This document shows, in pieces, positions 17,183 to 28,833 of a stretch of 64,000 nucleotides of DNA. The stretch is from Cycas panzhihuaensis (Eukaryota > Plantae > Cycadophyta). The stretch covers positions 136,159,741-136,223,740 of the forward strand of contig CM041465.1 of assembly GCA_023213395.1 (NCBI GenBank). Reading direction: 5' to 3'. The first letter of the stretch is position 1; every line of letters begins with the position of its first letter. A program made the translations under genes and the position numbers. The notes below the pieces were generated by a model. It did not search any database and had not been told where the DNA came from. It worked only from the letters and a program-made list of their open reading frames with translations.

Positions 17183-19059
17183 TTTAATCTATATATATTT
17201 ATCTATTAAGGAAGGGATGCGAGACTCTCTTAATAATAATGTAAATGCAATAAACTATAATAAACTTCTACAATAATGTTACTCACTAGAGCTACCTACC
17301 AAATACAAAAGTTAATAATTGATAACATAATCTAGATCAAGATAATATAATATTAATAACATAAATATAAATTAAAGTTGAGTATATTATAAATAGAAAT
17401 GAGGCTATAAGGAACATGATAAATTAGGAATACAATTATCATTCTAATGTTAATTTCATATATTATTATTTATCAATTAAAACAAAAGACATTTATGAGG
17501 GCTTCATCCTATATAAGCCTCTTATGCTTGTCAAACTTAATCTCTTTACAACCCTTACTATTAACTTTAGCAGTTAGTTTATATGTATAAATTAAAATAA
17601 ATATCCTAACTTAAATAAGGTATTAATTTTTATCAAACTTTGAAATAGTTGATTAACTACATCTTGAAAACTTTGTAATGTGTTAATTGTCCTAAAAATC
17701 CTTTCCTTGAGTCTAACAAATCATTTTGTTTCTTACTTAGTAAAGAACACCCTCATTGAACTATGTTATTAGGTTAGATATGATTTTTGTGCAATTAATG
17801 AATTAGATCTCTAAATATTTACTTACAACTATAGTGTCAACATCGAAATAATATAAAAAACCAACCATTGAATTAATTATGAAATAATTTTAAATGTTGA
17901 TACAATATCACAAATAACGCAAAATTAAGCATGAAGTAAAACCACTTCTCCATCTCATCTAAGAAAATAGAATACTTAATCCCATGCACTTCTCAATGGA
18001 TTCTCATTATCAATACAAAGCACCAAACACATAACCAAGTTATTACAACATAATAGTAGAAGTCTCAATAACCATAACTAAAAAATCAATACAAATCAAT
18101 ACAATGCTCCAATGAGAATTAATGGTTTTAAGATTTTTAGAGAAGCAATATAAGCTATATAACAATTAAGTTAAACACTTTTTAGCAAATAGCATAATAA
18201 ATTATAAACACTGCCACAAATACTTATTAATTTAAATCATCCACTATTGTTAAGAGTAAAGGTACTAATACTAATATGATAAGTTCTCTGCAAAACTCCA
18301 TCAACATTTAAAATTAGTTTATGTTTACATGTAAAGAAACCTTTATAAATATATGATAAAAATAAAATGAATAACACCCAACATTATAAATTTGAGAGAT
18401 TTAAGTTAATTAAAACACCATGAATTAATAGTTTTTTTACTCTTAAGTAATCTCCATATTTAACTTACTTTCCACATCCAATTGATTCTTACCTCAAATG
18501 CATACATCATGTTCTTTACTTTTACTTTCACAAAACTCTTTCAATTCATAATCACATAATCAATGCAAATGGCAGCCCAAATTTCTAGGTTACATATTGT
18601 CTCCTCACCTTCTAATCATTGTGTTAGCCTTAGCTAAGCTATTAAGCTAATTAACCTAAGAAAAAACTCTCTTCTTATCCAAATATTTATCCTAATTTAA
18701 AAAACTAGAATAAATCCACGTATTATTCTAAGATGTATTTAAAAAACTTTAAAAACTTCCGATTAAAAAACTAAAATAAATCCACGTTTTATTCTAACTT
18801 CGCATTATGCAAGAGATATTTGAAAAACTTAAAAAACTTCCGATCACCTTGAATTTGCATCATGAACCTTATTCTTAAATTTAATATGTTCTTTCACCTC
18901 CCCTACAGCTTGATCGCTAATAAGTCAATGGGAAGCCTGCATATAATAAGGTAGGCGAATGAGCGCCGAACGCAGAAGAAATTAGGGAGGAGGTAGAGAG
19001 GCGTTACCTTGCCACAACGTAGTCCTTGCTTTAGATCATATGACCAAGTGCTAGAAAGG

Positions 19060-19381
19060 GGCAAATGATGTGACCGGGCCCATAAAAGCCAAACGAAATA
19101 CTATTGCCACTTCAACTGAAAAGGAAGGCATTCTTCCTCTTCTGCTTTTCTGTGTACCCTCGCTTTGACGTAACCGGGAAGAAATCTTTCTGAGAAAACT
19201 TGAAACCCTCGGCCTTTGCTGGATTTCCGAAGGAGACGAAGGTAAGGCGATCTCAGGAACTTTAGACCGTGAAGCTTTTTGCATCTTTTTCGTTAAGTTA
19301 TTTTAACTTAAGTTATCTGAAGTATATTTATATTTAGGGTTCGACATTTGAAATTGTGAGGATTCGCGACATTTACCAACA
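19060..19381 (+). promoter_or_regulatory. Proximal promoter/5' UTR of the proteasome gene, with a putative 5'-UTR intron 19242-19337
   Basis: Site-II-type GGCCCA at 19077-19082. TGACGTAA at ~19166. Telo-box-like AAACCCT at 19203 and TTAGGGTT at 19334. AG|GTAAGG donor at 19242 and TTTAG acceptor at 19337. CpG is retained relative to the flanks. Confidence 0.5.
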
Positions 19382-19457
19382 ATGAGCCGTGGCACCGGAG
19401 CTGGATACGACCGGCACATCACTATATTTTCACCCGAGGGTCGACTGTATCAAGTTG
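19382..19457 (+). CDS. PAA1: 20S proteasome subunit alpha type-6 (alpha1), coding exon 1
   Basis: [25 protein letters not shown](E), the proteasome A-type signature; GTGAG donor at 19458. Confidence 0.96.
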
Positions 19458-19835
19458 GTGAGTTTGCCCGGTTTTGGAGACTGTTCATGCACTCGACTGT
19501 GTTAAATTGTTGTTAAGTAAATAATCCGGCATATGAGTCATTTTGACTACTGAAATTTATACTGAGATAACCAGCTGTGGCAATTGGGGACATTTTCTCC
19601 AAATTGTTAAGGTAAATATCGATGATAGTGACGGGTGACTTAACTAATCGCACCGTTACAGAAATCTTCCTTATCTGTCTGTGCGAAATGAAATATGGCC
19701 TGTTTGCCTATCTGCAATGCGGATTGTAGAGTTATCACGTGCGAGATAGATGATAGTTTTGTCTCTGTTCGTTTCTTTTGCAATGTATGTTAATGGTTTT
19801 TGAGATGGAGGATCATTTTGTCTTCTCGGTGGCAG

Positions 19836-19930
19836 AATATGCGTTTAAGGCTGTGAAGGCCTCGGGTATTACTTCCATTGGAGTTCGAGGGAAGGACTCG
19901 ATTTGTGTCGTTACTCAGAAAAAAGTGCCA
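19836..19930 (+). CDS. PAA1: 20S proteasome subunit alpha type-6, coding exon 2
   Basis: (E)[31 protein letters not shown]; CAG acceptor and GTATG donor; phase consistent. Confidence 0.96.
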
Positions 19931-20071
19931 GTATGTTTGAACTGCCTTTCTTTTTTTCTGGCTGTAGAAGGAAGTATTTGATGAAGCGTCTGGAATTTGT
20001 TCCTACATGGTGTATGGCAAGAGGCTTTTTCCCCATAACTTTTTTGGTTGTTTACATGTAACGGGATGCAG

Positions 20072-20153
20072 GACAAGTTGCTAGATCAGACTAGTGTGAG
20101 CCATCTTTTTCCAATTACAAAGTATACTGGCTTGCTAGCAACTGGAATGACAG
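20072..20153 (+). CDS. PAA1: 20S proteasome subunit alpha type-6, coding exon 3
   Basis: DKLLDQTSVSHLFPITKYTGLLATGMT(A); CAG/GT borders. Confidence 0.96.
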
Positions 20154-20438
20154 GTTTGATATGTCTCAACGTTTCAGTCCTAACTGTTACTGAGCATTTT
20201 GTTGCATTAGGGTGGAATTCCAGTTTTGGTCACATTAAACTAATTTTCTGCAATCCGGGCGTACAAATTTGCCAGGCTTTGTTAAAATTAAATTTCTATA
20301 CACAAATGTTTGAAGTAAATTGGAATTGCATCAGATTAATCCACCATGGTTCTGTAAATGTGAAGTCAATTTAAGTAAATCTATGTTAAATTAAATATTA
20401 CTGTTAACACAAATCATCTACCACACAGTAACTGAAAT

Positions 20439-20569
20439 ATAGTTGAATACAACCAGCAGTGATTCACAATTAGCTCCACAACCACCCTTGCAAAGCATTA
20501 CTTATAGTTGAATACAACCAGCGGTGATTCATATTTAGCTCCATAACCGCCCATGCAAAGCGTTGCCTA
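20439..20569. repeat. 65-bp tandem duplication in intron 3
   Basis: ATAGTTGAATACAACCAGC starts at 20439 and 20504. Confidence 0.85.
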
Positions 20570-20730
20570 ATGAAGAGATTTCACATTTAACCTCCTTATA
20601 CTGCATTTCTTGTGGAAGAAATGATTCGTCTAATGCTTTCTGAGATATTTGTGAACTAGGAATGCATGCATATTCCTTTGCGTGTGGGACAATCTTTTAG
20701 AAATTCAGATGTTCTGCCTTTTTTCTCCAG

Positions 20731-20827
20731 CTGATGCAAGGTCGTTAGTCCAGCATGCACGGAATGAGGCAGCAAAGTTTCGTTTCAAATGGGGCTATGA
20801 AATGCCTGTAGATGTCTTAGCAAAAAG
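20731..20827 (+). CDS. PAA1: 20S proteasome subunit alpha type-6, coding exon 4 (gene incomplete in this window)
   Basis: (A)[31 protein letters not shown](R); polypyrimidine-CAG acceptor; GTATG donor at 20828. Confidence 0.95.
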
Positions 20828-21187
20828 GTATGGCGTTTTTTTTCAGCTCCTTTGCCAAATATTGGAGTCATGATCACAGTTTGTATGATATTATGTGTTA
20901 TTATTAGCAATGATTAATAACTTCAAAGTAGTTAAATTAACTCAACAGCCTTGCCAGATAAGCTAGGAACATATCAAATTCCATTCAAAATGAGTTAAGA
21001 TTAGCAGGACCTGTTCTTAAGGGTTTCCAACAGTTCCCAGGGTGGAATGCCCTGTGAAAGCTGCAAAATTATAGCTGCTTTGGCCCTATGTTATTAGCCA
21101 GTCCAAAATGTTGCTTAATTTAATTGTAATGTGTTAACAAGAATAGGCAAAGAGAAGAAAATTTCATGGTGTATGTCAGAGTTGGCT

Positions 21188-21454
21188 AAGGGTACAACTG
21201 AGAAGTTAATATTTGTCATACTATTCTCTAGGGCATGCTTTCATCTTTACAAGAGTCAAGTTTAAAACTATAAAGAGTTAATTTTCTGGAGTTAAATTTG
21301 TTTCCAGAGTATGGTTCAAGGGTCAACTGAGAAGTTAATATTTGTCATACTATTCTCTAGGGCATGCTTTCATCTTTACAAGAGTCAAGTTAAAAACTAT
21401 AAAGAGTTAATTTTCTGGAGTTAAATTTGTTTCCAGAGTATGGTTCAAGGGTCA
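21188..21454. repeat. Near-perfect 129-bp tandem duplication in intron 4
   Basis: CAACTGAGAAGTTAAT starts at 21195 and 21324; AAGGGT(A)CA microhomology at the junctions. Confidence 0.92.
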
Positions 21455-21919
21455 TCTAATATCACACTCATTAGGAAATTCATAATGTTCTTCTCAACCT
21501 AATTTCTACATCAGATACAGCTTATCAAACTTAGCATTTTGTGAGACTCATAAGGACTTTTCTGTGTGCTTTCGATTTGGCAAGCCCATCAAATTTGGCA
21601 AATGCTCCATTAGATTATTGTTCAGACACACTATTGCCTCTGTTTAGAGTTAGTGCATGATTATTTGTTGTCTTCTGTATAAGAATTGCATATTTATCAT
21701 GTGCATGATATGCATATTTATGGTTATTGTTTTTTAAATAGTTCTTTTGAAATTTACAACATTAGAATCAGGGTGGAATAATTCTCTTGATTTTGTCTTG
21801 GTTTAGATCTAATGAGAGCTTTGTTAACTTGTTTAATCATTATGTAAACTTGGCCTATGTTTTGCTTCTTTTCCGGGTTTCATTGTGATGTAAGACTGAA
21901 CGAGGCTTGAGATTGTTGG

Positions 21920-22547
21920 ATCATAGAATCAGCTTTGATACCATAATTATACAATTTTCTTGAATCTCATGAGTAGTAGATGTCAGCCTTGCAATCAAGT
22001 GGCCAACTTGCTTACGAGCTATTACTCAGGCACGTGATTGGAACTTACAAGAGTATTTACGAGAGCAACTGGTTCAACAAATAGAGGTTGGTTGCTCAAT
22101 AGAATTATGTGTTTGAGGATTGGATTGAGACTTGGACCACATACTGCAAATCCTGAGAAAATTTATAGGAGTACGGACTCGCATAATACAAATGAATCTC
22201 TCAAGGAAATGGAACATATCACTTGACGTGGAGAGAAGGATTATCAACTACGTATCTTTTGTTAATACAAAGGGGACCTCATTTGAGTGTACTCCCAAAG
22301 GAATCTATGGAAGGGTGTTTTTCCTTACAAACTATCAAAATGCCTTGTATAAGACTCTTGTTATTCTATAAACAAAGTATAAACTACCTAATTACCCATT
22401 TCTGAATTTTCTTTTGACTCTTTAGACTTCATAGAAGAAAAGCTTGTCATTGTTTGATGGTCGTTGTTGCTTCTTATTGCAACTCTTGTTAATAGTTGAC
22501 ATGCAAAACCACAATGGCTCTTCACAATCAATTCTTGTTACCTTAAT
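21920..22547. repeat. Ancient repeat segment homologous to ~45673-46265 (part of a ~2.5-kb tandem unit)
   Basis: GATCATAGAAT..GATACC..TAATTATA and downstream collinear blocks shared with 45673 onward, ~70% identity by eye. Confidence 0.75.
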
Positions 22548-23191
22548 TGTTAAGTAGTTGTGAACACTGTATCTAAAGCTACTTTTTGTGTTTCATAAAC
22601 ATTGAAATGACCTGAGAAAGGTTTTTGGGCTATTTCTACTTTGGGCTCATGTTTATAGCCATTTTCTACACATTTTTGGTCATTTCTGGTTGTTTTTGGG
22701 CGTTTTTTGTATTTTTAATTTATAAATCCAAGAGTAATGCTTTAAATGCATAGAATAATGATATGCTGATTTAATATGATTGTTTCATAAAATATAATAT
22801 CTTTTTTTTTTTTTTGATATCGTATAAAAGAAGGGGTTTAAAGGGCTCCAACCCTATTACGAAATTGCCTTTCAGTCATCAAAACTGCCATGACAAGCCC
22901 ATGGCCTAGCTATCCCTTATAACTAATAAGCCAATACCCCCCTTGCTTCGATAAGCCCAGTGGCTAGTTGAGATCCTACATCCAACAAAAAGACTTGCAA
23001 ACAACCATGACAAACCAATGGCTTAGTTGCCCCTCTAGTCCAGGTAAAACTCGTTACCCCCCCGCCGCGATAAGTCCAGTGGCTAGCTATATATTTTCAT
23101 GTGAATTTATGGTCCCCAAGTCCTCATTTGCTTGTCTCAAAACCTCCTTTGGGAGATCCTCTTTCCAAACACAGTTCCTTTGATGTTGGAC

Positions 23192-23472
23192 TTACCAATT
23201 TGCAAATCTATCTGCAACACTATTTCCTTCTCTATACGTGTGGGATATCTTCACCTGCTCCCTACTCCTAAGAGCTCTTTGCATGTCCTTTATCATAGAT
23301 GCCGCTTTCCAGTCAGGAATAACCTCCTCCCTAAGCATCTTTATAACATTTAGGGAATCCCCTTCCATGATGACCCTATCATGGCCTTCTTCTATGGTCA
23401 TCTCCACATCTCTCCTCATAGCTAACATCTCTGCCCTATGGTTTGATTGGCATCCATAGGACTCAACAAAAG
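23192..23472 (-). pseudogene. L1 ORF2 C-terminal RNase H fragment
   Basis: SNHRAEMLAM..VIMEGDSLNVI..ISHTYREGNSVADRFANW, the plant LINE RNase H motifs. Confidence 0.9.
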
Positions 23473-23839
23473 TGTTGAGGGAATGGATCTAGGGATCTAG
23501 TGCACTAACACTACACAATGGCAAATAGTGGAGACAAGCCAATGTACTCAACAAGAGAAATGCTAATAGCTTGAGCTCAAAGAGGAGAAGTGTAGAATAT
23601 GATCACTCTCCATGTAATTTCAGCTTATATAATGAGAATGCTCATTAGGGTTTGGGATTTGACTTTTCCATCTCAATGACATTCAAATGAGATTACATGA
23701 AATTATAATGAAATGAACTTTATGTCATTTCACTTAAGTGACTTAAGCATAGTCACTTTATCCTAAAGTTACAAACATAAAAGTGACTTTATCTAATTCT
23801 AACTTTATGAAATGACCATGTGACATTAACATTGTCACA
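23473..23839 (-). repeat. Copia-1 3' LTR
   Basis: TG..CA, 367 bp, next to the PPT. Confidence 0.9.
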
Positions 23840-24296
23840 ATCCCCCCCTTAATGGCAGAAGGTCATTTTCCTTTATCCTATTCTAATCTATGAGGTCTTC
23901 ATTTTAGGCTCATCATTATATTGAGAAAAAAATTCTACAACCTACAAGACACTTTTGTGGGAAAACCCTTAAGGGAATAAAAACCCACGGACTTGACTTC
24001 TTATACTATGAAGTGGCTCAGGCAGCTCTTTGAGTGTAGCCAGATAGCCAAGTAGTACAAGTTGGTTGTGCAGCTTCAATCTGTTGAGTGTCCATATACT
24101 GTTTTGCCATCCCTCATGTCCTTTCGAGTTTTCATAGGTTCTAATTTTCGAAACAAGTACAACCCAACTCCTTTCGCGTCTATGAGGGGTTTTCACGAAT
24201 GAGAGAGAGTAGAGACTTACTCTAGTCCTTCTGCGCCCACAAGGGGTTTTCACGAATGGGATAGAGTATGCTGGTCCTGTGTGCCATCTCCTTCAA

Positions 24297-27200
24297 TCAG
24301 TTGGAGATGGAGGCCCTGAGGCCTAGCTGCTGTCGGAACTGTTCAAACTTCACCCTTTTCAGTGGTTTGGTGAAGATATCAGCCACTTGATCTGCTGTGG
24401 GGCAGTGTTCCAATTGTATTGTGCCATTATGGACCGGTTTTCGGATCCTGTGGACTTTTGTACTAATGTGCTTTGTACGATCATGAAAAACAGGATTTTT
24501 GGCTATGTGGATTGCTGACTAATTATCCACATGTAAGCTCGTTGGACATGTCTGGGTGATATCCAAAGTATGTAATAATTTACGAACCCATATCACCTCC
24601 TTGCTAGTCTCAGAAGCAGCTATGTATTCGGCCAAGATGAGAATCTGTAGTGATTTTCTGCCGCCTTGACCGCCATGAAATTGGAGTTGTTCCAAGAAAT
24701 GTGATATACCTGAATGTTGATCTTCTTGTATTTTTGTCACCGGCAAAATCCGAGTCTGTGTATGCTGTAAGTCTGAAATCATTGTTGTGCTCATATAACA
24801 AATTGAATTTGCTGGTCATCTTCAGGTACTTCAACACTCGTATTGCTGTTTGCCAATGGTTCTGCTTTGGAGTTGTCATGTGACGGGCAAGAATGCCAAC
24901 GGCATGGGTAATATCTGGCCTTGTGTTGGTAACATAAATGAGGCTACCTAAAAGTTGCCAATAGAGTGTTGCGTCTGCACCTTGAGTGTCTTCATTGGAA
25001 AGTTTGGCATTGGACTCCATTGGGGTAGACACTGTTTTGGCATCTTCTAATCAGAACTTGATTAGAAGATCGTTGATATATTTTTCTTAGGAGAGAGAGA
25101 TTTTTCCATTGCATTGAGTTACCTCAATTCCTAAGTAATATCTCATTAGTTCAAGGTTAGACAGTTTGAAGGATTTTGACAAGTCCATCTTTAATTTGCT
25201 GATATCCTGCTCACTGTTTCCAGCTATCAGCATGTCGTCCACAAAGATCAGGAGATATGTGATTTTGCCTTTTTCTCTCTTAATGAACAAAGTTGCATCA
25301 ACGTCTTGATAGTCACATACCTCATAACCAAGTTGCCTCATTTTGTTGGACAATTTGGTGAACCAAGCGCGAGGGGCTTGTTTTAGGCCATATAGCGACT
25401 TTTTTAGTCTGCACACTTTCTGCTCTTGTCCTGCTATCTCAAAGCCTTCAGGCTATGTCATGTAGATTTCTTCTTCCAAATCTCCATTGAGAAAAGCAAT
25501 TTTCACATCGAGTTGGTGGATTTTCCAACCCTGTTGAGTAGCCAAGGCCACAAGTGCTCTGATTGTGGGCCATTTGGTAGTTGGTGCGAAGACCTCTGTG
25601 TAGTCGATGCCTTCCCTTTGGGTGAATCCTTTTGCGACCAACCTCGCCTTGTGTTTTTCAAGGGTGCTGTTTGATCTGTATTTATTTTTGAACACCCATT
25701 TGTTTCTGACTACCTTTCTTCCCAAAGGTAGATCAATGAGCTTCTATGTACCGTTCTTGATCAAGGATTGGTATTCCTCATTCATGGCATTTCTCCAAAC
25801 TGTGTGTTTCACAGCTTCTTGGTATGATAGAGGCTTGTCATTTGAAGCAAGGTGCAGTTCAACTGGTTCAAGCTTTGTGGGAAGTGATGTTTGCTCCCTT
25901 GCTCTGTAGGCACCGCTTCGAGTGCCAGTTTTGCCTACCTCATCAGATCTTAAGTCTTTGTGCAACTGGTAGGCTTCTCGAAAACCTTTGGTTGGGAATG
26001 ACGTTCTCATTTCTACAACATCCTGGTTTTCATTTTGATCCTGAAAAGGATCATGGGAGATGTATGGTTCAAAGGTCGATGATATTGCTGGAGAAGACGA
26101 CCCTGCAACTGAAGGTGGTTCTTCTGTAGCTCCTTTTCCTTTGGATGCTTGACGTGGTGATTCCTGGCTATTCTCCTAAGATGGCACTGGATTGACGCAC
26201 ATTGGCACAGGATCTGAGTCAAGGATAGTGTCCTTTGGGGCTCTATTGTCAAATTTCAAAATATTTCTTCAGTGTCTCCCCCTCCAAATGTTGGAATCTG
26301 TACATCATATTCCTGGACATTGTTGTATCTATGAGATGGTGCTTTAGAATTAAGTTGAAGTAGTTGATCCTCTGTCTCTGCAAACACCACATCCCTAGTG
26401 ATAATGATCTTCTTTAATGTTGGAATGAAGACCTTGTACCCTTTCTTGTTCATAGGGTACCCAACAAAGATGCCCTTTAAAGCTCGTGGCTGGAGCTTAT
26501 TTTTGTGCTCATCAAGAATGTGAGCATAACAAGTAGAGCCGAAAATTTTGAAGTGATGGACGGTGGGGTTCCGTCCAATCCATCATTCATTTGGAGACGA
26601 GTCGAGTTTCGATGGACTTATGTTCATGCAGTAGACTGTAGTATAAATAACTTTGGCCCAAAGATATGAAGGTACATTCTTGAAGACAAGCATAGCCAGT
26701 GCCATATTCATTATGGTTATGTTAGCCCTTTCATCAACTCCATTTTGTTGAGGAGTACCTACAATAGTTGTTTGATGCTTGATCCCTTGGTGACACAAGA
26801 AGTCTTTGAATTCATTTGAAGTGTATTCGCCACCATTGTCAGTCCTGAGACACTTCAAATGATATCCAGATTCCTTCTCTGTGAGAGTCTTGAATACCTT
26901 GAATACTGTGAATGCTTCATCTTTTGATTTGAGAAAGGTCACCCATACCTTTCGAGTGAAGTCAATCAATAAATGTAATGTAGTACCTCTTCCCTGTGAG
27001 AGAAGGGATAGGCATAGGCCCACAGATGCCTGAGTGTACTAATTCAAGAGGTTGACTGGGTTTCCATTGACTTTGGGAAAATGGCTGTTGGCGGGATTTG
27101 GCAATAATGCAAGCTTCACATTTGAACGGCTTAGAGGAAAATCTGGGAAGACCTAGAGTGGAATGGGAGATTTCTTTAAGTCGATCAAGTTTGACGTGCC

Positions 27201-28833
27201 CCATGCGAGCATGCCAGAGAGCTTTTGGGGACAGCTTGGAATGAGTCAAGGTGACATTATATGCAAGTTCTTCTTCGACACAAATGGGGGCAAGAACTTG
27301 GTATGCGGAAGAAGACAACGTGGTTCCAGTCAGTCTAAATAGCTTACCTTCAAGTTTCCCAGTTATCACCACAGAACATGAAGGCGGGTGAATAACACTA
27401 AGAACTTTATCTTTAGCTATGATACTCAAGTCGAATCCACGGGAGACAAGTGTGGATAACGACAGAAGGTTTTGTTTGAGATGGGGAATATACAAGACAT
27501 CTTTTAAAGTAAAATTGGGCAGGCCTGGGAGCTTCAGGCGTATGAAGCCCATGCCTTGAACAGGTTGTGTCGACTTATCGGCCATGTGTACTACTCCAGT
27601 GACCTCTGAATCAAAATCTTGGAAGAAGTCTCGGTGACAAGTCATGTGCTGGGTAGCTCCTGTGTTCATAACCCAGTCTGATGATGATGTTGATGCAGTA
27701 TTTGCCTATCCAAGAGGTCGAGCTAGTGGCGAATCAAGCTAACAAATGGCTCTGCCACAATGTGCCTCGATGTACCTCTTAGGTCTAGAAGCAGCAGATG
27801 AAGTGGATGCTTCCCTGTTTTGTTGAATACGTGCCTCAATGAGATTTGCTCCTGCAAATAAGTCATCATGACTCTCATCAACATTGTGGGCTTGATACTA
27901 TTGTTGTTGATGACGAGGCAATCTGTTGTAGTCAATGCGACAATCTTTTGCAAGGTGTCCTTTCCTATTACACCTTTGACACGTGGGGGCATTGTTGTTT
28001 GACTGTCTCTGATTGACGGTTTTTTGACTGCTGTTTTGCTATTGACTTTGTTGTTGCCTCTGCTGTTGTCCCTGTTGCTTTCCCCTGCCTTTTCTGCGAC
28101 CTCTTCTTCCTCTGCGTGAAGATTGACCTTGCTATTTGGTGTAGTATACTTCCTCATCCATGTCAGCTTTAAAGGCTGCATTAGGAGGTGAATCTGAAAG
28201 TGGAAAGTTGGTTTCGAAGGTCTTGTCATGTTCAATAAACTTCTCAGCTAACGCTTCGAAGTCGAGGGTCTTCAGTGTGCTAGATGACTGAAGATTTCCT
28301 AGTAAGTTCTTATAATCAGGAACGTGCAGATTGGATTGAATTAGGAAGGGCCAAGTTATGCATTGGGTCTTAAAATCCCTGTCAATGGCCTGTTTAATAG
28401 GGCGAAGAGCATTGATGGTTTCGCGTGCTTGCCCTTTTTGCATTTGCATCTTGTTCATCTTCAATACCATATGAACAAACTCCAAGTTTGATTGAGTATC
28501 GAAGTTTCTTTTGAGGACTTCGAGGACCTTGAAGGTAGTGTCGTGCTGCATGTCATCGATCAGGTTGTGCAAGGACTAATCTGTAACTAGTAGGATCCTT
28601 GCTCTGATCTTTTGGTCTTCAATGATCCACTGTTGCCATTGTGGATTATGAGTTGGAGGTGTGCCACCACTCTGTGTTGTGGTGTCGGTAGCAGGTACTA
28701 TCGGGGTTGACTCTAAGTGGTCCAGCTAGAGTCCCTCATACTTGGTTGCGTTCTTGACTCCTATGAACCATAGATCCCAATTCTCCTTCAACTTTAGTGT
28801 ACAGTTCACATTCTGCTTGAAGTTGGTCGACAT
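24297..28833 (-). pseudogene. Copia-1 gag-pol (disrupted)
   Basis: PR (NTGATQHM), GAG-pre-integrase (LWHARMGH), INT (LRTDNGGEY, PQQNG), RT (KARLVAKG, QLDVKIAFLNG, LYGLKQAPRAW, FVDD), RH (YTDSDFAG, ADIFTKPL). Confidence 0.92.

Noticed and set aside
17188-18710. Possible Helitron (TC start, later CTAG) or other TE relic
   Set aside because: No convincing 3' hairpin or Rep/helicase motifs; AT-rich decayed sequence left unassigned.
21683-21710. Candidate PAA1 exon 5 (AG|A ATT GCA)
   Set aside because: Reads IAYLSCA-stop rather than IADKSQVYTQ; a chance match.
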